Positions 1-12,286 of a DNA stretch of 64,000 nt are shown here, in pieces. Below the pieces are notes generated by a model that was not told the DNA's origin, did not search any database, and saw only the letters and a program-made list of their open reading frames with translations. The DNA is taken from NCBI GenBank assembly GCA_951406725.2, contig OX597823.1, positions 100,130,001 through 100,194,000 of the forward strand, in the 5' to 3' direction. Origin of the DNA: Octopus vulgaris. Its lineage: Eukaryota. The translations under genes were made by a program, and so were the position numbers. Position 1 is the first letter of the stretch. The number at the start of each line of letters is the position of its first letter.

Positions 1-263
1 TCTAAAATAATTAACTTTTTCTCAAAAACCCGGTTTCTTTTTAATAGGACCGACACCCCACTCCCGCTGGAAGGACTGCCTGGAGAGAAAAAACTCTCGT
101 AGCTATTCAACAGCGGGAACAGATCTCTTGGCCCCTCTAACCGGGTTTCTGTAGCAACAATGACATCCAAATTCCGCGACCTGATATCATTAAGGAAGCA
201 ACCTTGCTTCCAGCTTGATCTCAGGCCACGCACATTTATACAACCGACATAAATGTTAGCCAT
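1..263 (-). CDS. LINE ORF2 N-terminus, AP endonuclease domain (partial)
   Basis: Manual translation from the ATG at 263: MANIYVGCINVRGLRSSWKQGCFLNDIRSRNLDVIVATETR...SGVSVLL. This carries the NVRGL, DVIxxxET and GVxxL motifs of APE endonucleases. Confidence 0.85.
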   Translation of the reverse strand, partial: MANIYVGCINVRGLRSSWKQGCFLNDIRSRNLDVIVATETRLEGPRDLFPLLNSYESFFSPGSPSSGSGVSVLLKRNRVFEKKLIIL

Positions 264-319
264 AACTTACCTCATATCAGTGATTCGACTCTTCTTCGTC
301 TTTTTCTTTTTTATATTTT

Positions 320-1585
320 TCACGGAGGATTTTGACGCAGGCCCTCGTATATGTATGGTGAGACATCCATCCTTAGAGGGCCTACGTCGTGATAAAATTC
401 GGATTTTATCCGTCCGTAATCCTTCCGGCCTATTCTATATATTACAAAGTCTCTTGATGTGGTTTTGTCCACTTTTTTAACCGTTGACATTGCTGCCAAC
501 CGATTCATGAGTCTATTATTAGATGCCTTAATGGCCATGAACGTATTAACACACTCCTGCTTCCTTTTCAGGTTCAATTTGTGAGGGGTGGTCTCTGTTT
601 TTGTTTTTTTTTTTGTTTTTTCCTCATTTTCTTGGAAATCGTTGACCACCCCTCCTCTTTTTCATTTTCTTCGCTTTTTTCCTTCTCTGGTGTTTCTTTG
701 GTAGTTGGTGCTTCTTTGGGTGATGTCTCTGGCGATTCATTCGGTGTTGACTCTGATGATTCTTTTGTTTCTGGTGGTGATGTTTCTTGAGGTTTTTCCT
801 TTGGCTGGCATTCTGCTCTTATATGCCCCTTCATGCCACAGCTGAAGCATCTTGGCTTCCTGCGCTCCACAAAGTCTATTAGTTTTTCTTCTTCGCTGAT
901 TCTTATGACCTCTGGAATTTCTTCCAGGGTTTGAACTTCGGCTTGTATAGCCATTGTTAGGCATTGGCCCTTCCAGTGCTCCTCTTCCGAAGCCTGGAGA
1001 ATATTTATCTTTTCGTCTAATCCCAACATGACCGCAACTACCAGACATGTGGCATCCACTTCTGGGGGGATGTTATTAATCTTAATCTTCGACGTTCTTC
1101 TTTCCATGTAAATTGGGAGAACTACCTCCTCTGATTTTAGGGTTTCCGACGAAAATTTTCTTGGCACTTCCTCCGTTCTAAATCTCACCTCCACTGTTCC
1201 AAATCTTTTGCCTCGGTTTATGTACGTTATCTCCGACCATATTTGTTTCAAACATTTTTCAATTTTCTTTTCCTCCACTCTTTGTATCATCTTTTTTTAT
1301 AACGCTATACGACTTGTAAATAATTCTCCTTTTGTTCACTGCTTCGGTTGTGTTCTCGTTCGATATTACTATGATTTCCGTGCCTTCTTTCTTCAAGTTT
1401 GACATATATTTTTCCAGGTTACTCTTTTCGATATTTAGTTTTCTCTCCTTCTTCCCTGCTACTTCAGCAAATTTCTTCGTTGGGGCTGCGTTCTTTTTAG
1501 GCGATACCGCCGGTGAGTTTTCTTCACCTGACACAGGTGAGTATGGAATGGGAGTTTCCATTTCCACAAAGTTGGCTTTCAACAA
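320..1585 (-). pseudogene. LINE ORF1 (gag-like, zinc knuckle), broken by frameshifts near A-runs
   Basis: Contains an RRM-like 'FGTVEVRFRTEE...KIKINNIPPEVD' segment, the CX2CX4HX4C knuckle CFSCGMKGHIRAEC and a 'GWSTISKK' basic C-terminal part. Three overlapping ORFs join near poly-A tracts at about 1290 and about 600-620. Confidence 0.8.
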
Positions 1586-2139
1586 GCAAAACTTTTGGCT
1601 TAAACAAGCCTTTCACAAAAATTGGCTTAACAAGCCTTTCGCACAGGTTTGCTTTACAGCTACACAATAATACCTCCGCAGGGGGGAATTTCAACACGTA
1701 GCTTTCAAACGAAAGCAAATAAGTTTTTCACAACAAAGAGTAACACAATTTACAGTAACAACAACAAATCAACGTACCGATAGCAGAATTTCAAACAGCA
1801 GTAGAAGCGGCTGTTCGAGAAAACAGACATTACATACAGCCAAACTTCATATAGATACTTAATGCTAGCTATTTAGCAGATAATCTAATATAAAAGCCAT
1901 GGTAAACGGTATGTACACAGCTCCATCTGGACTATTCCATTTCTGCACGCTAATTTTATTTTTAATTTATTCTCATTCATGTGAAACCACTTATTCAAGT
2001 TCAAGTCAGTGATGCAATTTTATACCAATTGCTATTTTTACTTTTGTTATGTTACGATTATATTATACTTTAGTTTGATTTTAATTATTACTTACTACAT
2101 ATAATTCAATTGTTATTATTATCTCTAATTTTTATTGTT

Positions 2140-2400
2140 AAAGTGGAAGTATCTGACACAAAATAGAGAAATGTTTTTGTTTCACTTTTAACACGTAATA
2201 CTGAAATAGTGGAGAAGATATGATATTGCTATGGGCTCGCCCTAGGCAAGAAGTTGAACATTTTTTTTGCCCATGAAACTACATGGACCCTAAGTAAGGC
2301 ATGTATAAAATTTGAATGATATTGGTTGTGTAGTTCTCAAGTTTTAGGGAAACATACAGACAGACAGACACACATTCTCAGTTTTATATAGAGAGAGATT
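2140..2400 (-). mobile_element. Non-autonomous Helitron-like (Lep1/DINE-type) 5' fragment
   Basis: The minus strand starts ATCTCTCTCTATATAAAACTGAGAATGTGTGTCTGTCTGTCTGTATG, followed by 'ACCAATATCATTCAAATTTT'. This layout is typical of these elements. Confidence 0.5.
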
Positions 2401-3892
2401 AGAGAACTGAGGCCAGTATCTGTTAGGGGTAGGGCTGAGTCATCATAGTTGGTATAGACATAAAAATCAAGATTTATTAGAAGCAATATCATGAGGTTTG
2501 ATAAAGGAAAACTTAAAACAATAGCTGTCAATTAAGGGGGTCACCCACTAACAAAACCCTAACAAAACAGGGGAAGTCATATCATGTAGTACTATAGTTA
2601 AATATTTTAAACAATGTTGCTATATTGTATACAGTTAAAGTTTAGGGTTATTCAGTGGATTATTAAGAAGAATATTATAACAAAAAGATAGAAATTTATG
2701 AATACTTTTGAGTATATTCTAAACTTTTACCACAATAGAGGGGGGAAAAGAAATTTTCCAGAAATAGTTTAATATTTATACATATTGTACACTTAAATAC
2801 TAACTCATCAGATGGTATCTGGGAATATTGATTAATTGGTATATACTGGTATTAATAAAGGAGTATTGAAGTAAAAGAACATGCTAATTATATATTAATA
2901 AAATTATAATCTAAGCAGTTTTTTATAAGTAGTGAATATACCAGTGTCATTTTATATAAGCTAAGTATGAATTTATAGAGATACAAAAATTAGATTAATT
3001 TTATAAATAGATAAAGGCTAATTATAAAATAATAAAGAAATAAAATAAAATAATCAAGTAGGGCAGAACACCATAGAAAAGAAAAGAAAATAGCTTAATT
3101 ACTAATACTGTGGTAAAGAATATGTAGCATATTAACACCAATAGAGAAGATTTTTAGAAAAAGTATAAAAATTCAAAATATATTAGACTAAAAATTATAT
3201 ATTTACTTATTTAACTAATATCAATAAAAGACTGATGTCTGGTATCAGCTAGAGGAATATGTAAGTTATGGAACAATCATATTTTACACTAATCTTTTTT
3301 TTAAAAACTAAGGCTTATATTATTGGTTTAAGAAGTTATTATTGTTACTCCCTACATGATATTTATAGCTTCTTAGTGGTACTTGTTTAGAAGGGTTATT
3401 CTAAAGGCCCTTATAAATACTAAGATCAGGAGGGTAGAGCCATTTAAGAAAGAGATAAATCAAGTAATTTCTAAAGATCCTGTCAAATAATATTATTGTA
3501 TTGTATAAAGTTAAAATTTAGGGTAATCAAGAAGATTATTAAGAATGAAATTTTAACAAAAGGATAAAACTTCTTTGAATATTTTGAGTAGATACCAAAT
3601 TTTACCACAATAGAGGGAGGAAAAGAAAATTGCAAAGAAATAGTTTAATATTTATTTACTTATTACTTATCTAAGTAGTAACTTATTATATGGTTTCTAT
3701 GGAGATTGATCACTTGGGTTTAACTGGTATTTAATAAGGGAGCAACTGAGGTTAAAGAACATGTTAACTATATACTGATTTAATTAAATTGAACTATTTT
3801 AAGTTGTCAAGATTCCAGTATTACCTCATACAAGCTGAGTATGAATTAATAGGGGTACAAAGATTAGATTTATTTAAGGCTACTATGAAATA

Positions 3893-3900
3893 ATAACAAC

Positions 3901-3974
<74 letters not shown>

Positions 3975-3988
3975 CGACAACGACAACG

Positions 3989-4032
<44 letters not shown>

Positions 4033-4046
4033 AATAATAATAATAA
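3893..4046. repeat. Compound (AAT)n/(AAC)n microsatellite
   Basis: Seen directly. Confidence 0.95.
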
Positions 4047-4101
4047 AATGATCAGTTAGGGTAGAGCATCATAGAAAAGAAATAAAAACAATCTAATCAC
4101 T

Positions 4102-4264
4102 CATCATCATCATCATCATCATTTAACGTCCGTTTTCCATGCTAGCATGGGTTGGACGGTTCGACTGGGGTCTGGGAAGCCAGGAGGCTGCACCAGGCTC
4201 TAGTCTGATCTGACATTGTTTCTACAGCTGGATGCCCTTCCTAACGCCAACCACTCCGTGAGTA
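4102..4264 (-). mobile_element. SINE/RTE-tail family 3' fragment with (ATG)n tail
   Basis: Minus strand reads GGCGTTAGGAAGGGCATCCAGCTGTAGAAAC...GGACGTTAAATGATGATGATG. A closely similar copy lies at 22867-23180. Confidence 0.75.
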
Positions 4265-6263
4265 AACCATAATAAAATATCCATACCTTATTAACATCGA
4301 TAACAAATATTAATAGAAAATGTATAATAGTATTATAGTATTATAGTATTATAGTATTATAGTATATAATAAGTATTATGAGTTAAAAATTGTTAATTAA
4401 CTTATTTAGCTAACTATAATCAAGACTAAAACTTGGTTAAAAGAATAATTGTTGTTAAAAGGACATGCTAAATATATACTAATATTAAATTAAGAGGTAT
4501 AATATAGATTTCAAAAGTTATTTGTGTTAATCCATAAATGGTATTACAGTTTCTTAGGGGTACTTAATTAGAAGGGCTGCTTGTATAAAGCTAATATAAA
4601 TACCAAAATTAAGAGGACGGAACAATTTAAGAAAGAGATAAAAAAAACTTTGTTACTTAACACTCTCAGTTTTTATTGTGTAAGTAATTATATAAAGAAA
4701 GCAAAATAGATAAGGTTGACATCTCTAAAAGTGAATCATTGTCCTACACTACCACGCCTGATGGCCTTGCAGTATTTTCTGTGGTCGATTGACCTTTATA
4801 AATAAAAACAAGTCATGTGAGTTCTTAGATGAATTATAATGACCCAGACTGTGATTAACTGCGTGTTTTCGTCTTTTGTTTTTGGTTTTTGCGTTGTTTC
4901 ACCAAACAAATGAGAGAATCACTTTCTCGGTGCAACTCTAGTCTACCATATTTTAATTTCTTTCGGAAAAACAACAACATCTATTCTCAGTGCTTAACGA
5001 ATAGGGCCGATGGACCCCAAAACATAGAACTCTGTCACTGATTCGGACTGAACTTATGACCCATGAGCAAGTATGCCGTCAATGGTTTTGCCTCTGCAAC
5101 AACAAAGTCAATACTAAATTAATGCGTTTGTAGTTTTTGATGTTGTTGTTCCTGCAGCTGCTGCTGTTGTTGTTGTTGTTGTTGTTGTTGCTGTTGTTAT
5201 TGTTGTTTGGCTCAAGATAATCTTTTAGCGTATATCTTGTAGTACATTATCAAACATCTCCTTCCTTTTAAAGATAGGGATAGTGACATTTGACAGCTAC
5301 TTCAAGTAAGTTGAGTGACCGTAAATAAGATCCCTCTTTGGCTCAAAACTGGTGATGTTAATGAACAGAACCAGCAACAAGTGACAGCAATGGTGTCAGT
5401 AATGCACTGATAAACAAAATGTGATGAAGCATTTTTTTAAAATCAATATCCTGGTGCAGAATAAGAGGAACTAAATTAATTTAGAGATCCTCTTTGAGAT
5501 ACAGTTCAGATTTCCAGTTGAAACCTTTTCATTTCTTAGTGTATTTTAGGATGATCATTTTGTTTTTCTGTGTTGCCAAGTAAACACACGCACTATATAT
5601 CTTTTTTCACTTATTTTATTATTTTAACTCATGTCCATTGTCTGGAAATCTTTCGACACATATCTGTGACCTCTTCAGTGACACTTTTTGTTTTCGCATG
5701 TGCTCTTACTCCACTTACTCCATTCTGTTCTTCTAAGATGTGTATCCTTATGTGTACTTGCGTTTGTGTCTTTGTGTGTGTGTGTGTGTGTGTGTGTGCA
5801 TGCATGTGTATGTGTGTGTGTATACTTATATGTGTGTCATAGTTTTTAGCAGTAGTGTGGTCTTCCCTTTGCCCCATCCTTTCACCCCATTGTGCTGCTG
5901 CTGTCCTAAGACCCCAAAATATGGTACAGTTCCTGTATTCCTCTGTGTATGTGTGTTCGCCTACGGTGTTACGATTGTGGTAGCTGTTATTGTTATTGCT
6001 ACCATTGTCACCACCACTGCTGCTGTTGTTGTTAATCGTGTTGTTGGCATTGTAATGGCTGTCCGTGAAATTTCTTGTGCGTGATAATAATAATAATGAT
6101 AATGATAATGATGATGATGATAATGATAATAATAATAATAATAATAATAAACAATAAACACTAACAATACTCACTGTGAACATCCCTTAGACTTTTGTTG
6201 TTTTTGTATTGATTTGCTTATATATATATAATGACAGGGAACAAGAATTACGTAACTAATTTC

Positions 6264-6350
6264 ATTAGTTTACAGCTGTTTCTGCTACAAGGAGAAGTGC
6301 ACTCAGAGCTGAGTGCTGGTGCAATTTCTTATAGCTTCCTCAGAGCCATT
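6264..6350 (-). ncRNA. Type I hammerhead ribozyme fold with extended stem II
   Basis: Minus strand: GGCT-CTGAGGA-AGCTATAAG...GCACTCAG-CT-CTGAGTGC...CTTGTAGC-A-GAAA-CAGCTG-TA-AACT. Stem III is palindromic and the cleavage triplet is GUA. Stem I has a mismatch. Confidence 0.65.
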
Positions 6351-6409
6351 AAAATGAAGTATATGCTTATTTCGGAAAGCATATAAATACATAGAAAAAA
6401 CTACCTTCG

Positions 6410-6457
<48 letters not shown>

Positions 6458-6510
6458 TATATATATGTCTATGTGTGTGTAAATGATATATATACATATA
6501 TACATATATA

Positions 6511-6552
<42 letters not shown>

Positions 6553-7719
6553 AATTTTTCCTTTCTCACTCTCTCCCTCATTCTATTTATAAGCGTGCGT
6601 TTGTTTGTGTATACACACATACACACACTCACACACACACATACACACAAGCAAAGCAATATGCTGTAAGGCAGGTGTGTGTGTGTGTGATTGAAGAGAT
6701 AAACTGGTGAACTGAGTCTGAGACCTTGTTTCGGTTTCCATTTGAAGCCAGTTTTTTTTTATTTATATTTCTGTGCATGTAATACCCTTGAAAAAGATAT
6801 GGACGCCATACCATCTCATTTCAGTCCCAATACAAAGTAGAGGTTTTATTCCTAGCTAAAAAAAAGAATCGCAGTTCCAGTGGGTGTCGAGAATTAATAG
6901 CAAACAGAATGTAACAGAATTAGAAACTGTTAGCCGTGGGGTTCTTCCCCCGCCACCGCCCCCTGTCTTTGTTCTCTTTTGTGGATTTAGAGAAAACCTA
7001 ATATTGCTTGCTTATCTAGACTGGCTTCACAACTGAAACCTTGCACTGTGAAAACACAGTTGCCAAGAGGAAGGAATATCATGCAGAGAGAATATAGAAG
7101 ATGTAGGTTTGATTGGTAAGCAAGGACAAACAGATGTTTATATAGTTTTAGAAAGTCTTGCAGAATGTTGTAACATGTTTATATAGTTGTAACAATATGT
7201 TGGAGCATATTGTTGGGACTAGATTACAGACCTTAGTGGTGACTTGTGCAGAGTAAATGGAGCGACATTTGGTTTAAAATCATACAAACTCATGATGAAG
7301 AGAGTTAATAAAAGACCTAATTAAAAACAATTTTTAGTTATTAACATTCGATATAATGGACATTAATTATAAAATATTAAATTAATAATTGACTGAATTG
7401 AGTAGCCTCATTATTCGGTTCACAAGGGAACTAAGTCAAGGAAGTTAATATTTATCTTTGCCCAATGATTTAATAGTTATTCTGAATAAATCAAAATTTG
7501 ATCCCTAGCACTGACCTTAAGCCTGTAGTTTTACGTTGGATTATGGGGCCTCAATTTTAATACAATTATTTAATACTTGGTTCCAAAGAAAATTTCTCTG
7601 AAGCTTTGCTTCCTTTAAAGAATTTTAAAGAATTTCCTTTAAAGAGAATTTCGTACAAGATCAACAATTTTTCAAGTTTATCAAAACAGAAGGCCCAAAG
7701 TTGGATCGTGTGTATGATT

Positions 7720-8450
7720 GACTCAATGTTTCCTTGATATGAGTAGCACTGGAGATTTTTTTTTCTGTTTAAAAAGACAAGATTGATATGGCCCCATTGA
7801 AAGTTGCTCTCGAGATTTCCATTCATGAGACTGAAGTATGTTTGAAGCATAGTTTCTAAGTTGTGTGGATGATGAAAGAGTAGCAAAAGTCGGGGGGAAA
7901 TGAAGGATCATACTGCATAAAAAGTAGGCGTTGTTGGATGTGGTGGCAGGTAGAGCATTATGTAAAGTAGAGAGAGAAGGACAAAGCTGGATACTGGAAA
8001 ATACCAGAGTTGACTGAGAGTGGGCAAGACAGAGCTCTATTAACATATGCCACAGTTGTGCCACCTGCTAAGATGCTGTCGATTCAAGAGATGAAATGGA
8101 TGGAGCTAGTAGATGGGAAGCTTTGACAGGGGTTCCGCATGTCTGATACGGTCGAAGGTTTTGTTGAGTCTAAGACAACAAGATTGCTTTCTCTAAAGTG
8201 GAAACTGACTGGTGAGTGACATAAGAGAGGAAGTCTCCAGATGATATAACTCTGCCTAAGTCATATTGATGATCACAGAGAAGAGAAAGATTCAAGCTAT
8301 TCGAAGATGTCATTTTTTGTAAATGGTTGTCTCTGTTCAACAGCAAACAGAAAAAGTTTTGCTTCCATGGCAGAATAAACAATACTACATGGTGGCTCAC
8401 GAAAAAGCAGCCCGAGTTCTGTAGCAAAGTGTAAATATAGAAATACATTT
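7720..8450 (-). mobile_element. Degenerate CR1/L2-type LINE reverse transcriptase relic
   Basis: Fragments LLCDHQYDLGRVISSGDFLSYVTH, SCPLSVNSGI and LESNFQWGHINLVFLNRKK match the 'SDHQYGFR..RSTGDLL', 'VNSGVPQG' and 'DL..I.QWG..NLV.FN..K' motifs. Confidence 0.65.
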
Positions 8451-9996
8451 ACAAGTGCTGGAATGAGTGTAGCTCACCATTAGCAAAGCTATTCAGAAGC
8501 CACATGCAGTAATTTACTCGTTTGCTCTTTTAATTATTCACTTTTAATTGCTGTACACACGTGAAACCACATAGCTTCAACTTTAGACTTTTCAACACCT
8601 GCTGCCATGACCTCCTGCTTATGTGAGACTGCTAGGCCAGTTTACATGTAGACCTCTTTGGACTTTGAGTAATCCTTTGGCGAATGTCCTGAGGAACTTC
8701 CGGCGTTCGAACTGTATGGTGTTTGTTTTGGGGCACTGTGCACAGACTATGTAGTGCGCCACTTCTTAACCAACTTTTATACCCCTCTCTTTGCCGGTGA
8801 TCCTTTTCCCGAAAAATTTGGCTTCAAAAATTTCATGCGTTTGCTTAACAGAACCCGTTCCCATACACACTCCCACAGTCGCCATTCTTTCCACTATTGA
8901 GTTCGTCATCTTGCAGAAAAGACTACAGATGTTTACTTAATTACTCTCACAATCAACTAATGCCATGGGGATAATTTAGCAAACAGTCGACGAGGGCGCC
9001 ATCTTTGTTCAGCAGTGACAAGTGGTCGAAATAACACAATGACACTTGCATATGAAAGGCTGGCTGCTTTTATGTGTGTGTAAATTTATTTCTGTATTGA
9101 TACTATGTTAGAAAACCCAGGCTGTTTTCGTGTGTCAGTCTGTATATTCCAATCAACCCTTAACAAAATATCCATGTCATTACTTTGTAAGCTGTTTAGA
9201 AACATTTGTAATTTTTTTCTTCTTGGATGGAGTTAATTGATTCCATTAAAGCTTTACTAAATAGTGTAACACACATCATGATCTTTGTACAATATGTGAA
9301 TTAGATAACTGTTAACGATAGAATGTGAATAAGATACACAGACAAAATGACTAACAACAGAATAATGTGAAAAGCCAACATATCAGTTGGAAGATGACAT
9401 TACTTCCTTACATAATTATTCTTTGTTAGGATTTGGGTGTCTAGCGACAACAAAGGATAAATGTGCTTTTGTGAATAGTTGTTGAAAAACAATATTTGGG
9501 TTTCTGCTGTCAGAAACCGAATAGGTTCATATTCACTGAAAATTAATTTCAGAGTAGAATCTTTTATAAATAAAGACATTTTTTTAAATGGGAATTATTA
9601 TTGTCGTGGCTAACATTTAGTCATTTATTTTATTGTTTTCAGTTTTAGTTACCTTCTTAATTTTTACCTTTGAATACAACCAGACCTCTTGCGCATTGCA
9701 CTTTTACCTGCTGAACGTGATACACATGAATAGTTGAGTCTACATACATACCCAATATACATAAATCGCTTTACAAACACACACACACACAGTGGAGACC
9801 GTTTTCTTTAATCATAGATAATAACTGTTTGAAAACCAGTTATTGTTATGAAAATTAATGATCCCTAAACACTTGGTATGCCCAGCTTTTTGACTCATTA
9901 TTATCATCAGTAGATTAGGTTAGTGAAATCGACAGGCTTCAGCACAATTCACCACAATAAGTGTCTTCCACAGTTCTTGCAGCATGTATGTGTGTG

Positions 9997-10042
<46 letters not shown>

Positions 10043-10479
10043 TGTGTGTATGTGTGTGTGTGTGTATGTGTGTGTGTGTGTATGTGTCTTGTAATGGACT
10101 CTCTTGGTTTTAAACGACATATGAGGAGGATTCCGTGAGATTTTGCTGAGAAAACCTGCACAGATGATGCGCTTATAGTGATCAAATGTTTGTGCAGTAC
10201 ATTACCTCATTCCCCTCATCAAATCGACATTGTTTCTACCATATTATCAGATGTCATAGCGATCGCAGAGCCATGTGGAACAAACTATTTTGCTCAAGAA
10301 CACCACGCACAGCCCAATCCAGAAATTGAAATCATGAACTTGCATGCAAAACTCTAACCACTTGGCCACAGAACTCAGTTTTCTACAAATATTGTTAAAA
10401 ATAAATTTGTGGAACAATAATAATTACATGTAAATATCTCAAAGTTTTGTGATTTTATATCTTTTATTTTATTATTATT

Positions 10480-11690
10480 GTCTTCGTACAGCTTCTAATG
10501 CTGGAGATGTATTACGATATCAGCTGTTCACTACCAGTGAACTAAGGTAATTCCCCTTATTTTTCAAGCATCATCTGTAGTATTCAAGCGGTTCCAAGCA
10601 GTACTGTTTTCTGCAAGTGCTCCAACCTTGTTTTAGCTCCTATTCGTTCCATGTACTTCTCAAGATTTTTATTCACTGTTCCCAGGGCTCTGACAATTAT
10701 TGGTACTACTACCACCCTTTTCAGTGACCACAACTGATTAACCTCCCAAGCTAACCTGTTATATCTATCGACTTTTCTTCCTTCTTTATCAGTTGTCAGC
10801 TGGGCATGCTATATCTATGATCCAGCATCGTTTGCTTTCTTTCTCAATTAATACTATGTCTGGTTTCCTATTCTCTATCTCATGATCGCACTGAATCATA
10901 AAATCCTATAAGATCTTTGCATTATCATTTTCGATGATGCCTTTGAGTTTGTGTTCATACCACTTTTTTGCTCTGTCAAGTCCGTACTTGTTGCAAAGTG
11001 TCCAATGGAGAATCCTTGCTACATTGTCATGACGACTCATATTCTTTCTGGGCTAGTGGCGTACATTGAATGGTAATATCACATATGGTTTCACCATTTT
11101 TCACTTATCACTTTCAGATGTGTTGTCTATTCTATATTTGATGTAATTGGTTCTTAGTGCTTGCTCTTGGGCATCACTGATTAGAGCCTCCGTTTCCAGT
11201 TTTAAATCACTTTTAGTCATCCACAGTCATCAACATCCCTATGAAATTGTCCATGCATTCTTTTCTTTACCCACCTATTTTCAGTTTCATTTGTTTACAA
11301 TCTCTTGTACAGTGCTTTATCTTTGCAATCTTTCATCCTACTCAAGCCTGACCTTCTTACTTCTAATAATAGCAGTTCTGTGACATGTTTTACATACCAT
11401 GATATGTTGTTTTCTTCTGCTCTAATGCTGTGTTCGCATCCAATCAGTTCTGTCCCTCCTCTTTTTTTGTTTGTTTCATACAGTCTGTCTGCATCACATT
11501 TTAGGTGGAGTATCCCATATCTTGTCAGCAACTTCCTTGTCTTTCCGTCTAAGTTGTTTAGTTCGTCTACTGTCCATGCGAATACCCCCGCGTGAAACCG
11601 CCCAGGTGTTGATAACTTCAATCTTATTCTGTCCGTTTAATTTCGACTTAAATTGTTTTGTCATTTCTTTCTTCATCAATTGATCCATTT
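10480..11690 (-). mobile_element. Degenerate R4/Dong-type (restriction-like endonuclease) LINE, 3' part
   Basis: Contains NKIEVINTWAVS, LDGKTRKLLT, DADRLY..KKRGG and the RLE tail DFMIQCDHEIENRKPDIVLI...IIDIACP...KVDRYNRL...VPIIVRALGT...LQKTVLLGTA. It ends in a (TAA)-like tail. Confidence 0.8.
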
Positions 11691-11699
11691 CCAATATCT

Positions 11700-11890
11700 C
11701 CGGGCTGGCAGAACCGTTAGTGCGTTGGACGAAATACTTAGCAGCATTTCACCCATTGCTACGTTCTGAGTTCAAATTCCACCGAGATTGACTTTACCTT
11801 TCGGGGTCAATAAAATAAATACCAGTTAAACACTGGAGTCGATGTAATCGATTTAAATTGCTACCCTTGTGGCAAAATTTGAAACCATTG
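11700..11890 (+). mobile_element. tRNA-derived SINE (family with GTTCTGAGTTCAAAT / GCCTTTCATCCTTTCGGGGTCGATAAA core)
   Basis: Has the B-box-like GAGTTCAAATTCC and the shared core. Related copies lie at about 23445-23580(-), 34340-34500(-), 36925-37068, 48180-48320, 49960-50660, 54125-54315 and 61980-62460. Confidence 0.7.
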
Positions 11891-12286
11891 CTTTTTGTTT
11901 TGCTTTTTTTTTTTTTGTAAATATCGTCTCATAATTTTTAATTAAATGTTTATAACTGGATCAATGGACAAGTAAAATATATTACAAATAAGAAAAAAAT
12001 CTATCATGCTCGATGGCACAAGCATCTATATGCTTTCTAACACTGTGATACATCGCTTTCGACGGCCGATATGCACGTTCACATTTTCGAATTATTGATC
12101 TCGCTCTTTTGGTTAAGATCAAAGACAAATAATTTTTGTTGAATAAAAAGTTAGAAGTCTCTAGTTAAGAAATATATTAATGGTTTCATCATTCGTTTTC
12201 AACGGATGCAACATTCTGTGTAATTAATAAAGCTGTCACTATGTTTAAACAGGAATAAACTAGCAATGTGTGTACATGTACGTTAT

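Larger units (their letters stand above)
1..1846 (-). mobile_element. 5' portion of L1/Tx1-type non-LTR retrotransposon (5'UTR, frameshifted ORF1, start of ORF2), running off the window start
   Basis: ORF1 pieces 1585-1259, 1290-574 and 649-320 include a CCHC knuckle. They are followed by an APE-type ORF2 start at 263. The 5' boundary is approximate. Confidence 0.85.
2620..4642. repeat. Old two-copy tandem duplication (~870 bp unit) of unknown AT-rich sequence
   Basis: About 2625-3470 aligns by eye with about 3500-4642, e.g. TTTAGGGT(T/A)A.TCA..GATTATTAAGAA, CCACAATAGAGGG and ATTTAAGAAAGAGATAAA. The second copy is interrupted by a microsatellite and a SINE. Confidence 0.75.

Noticed and set aside
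2400-4642. Mitochondrial insertion (NUMT)
   Set aside because: I found no recognisable mitochondrial protein, rRNA or tRNA motifs in the frames tried.
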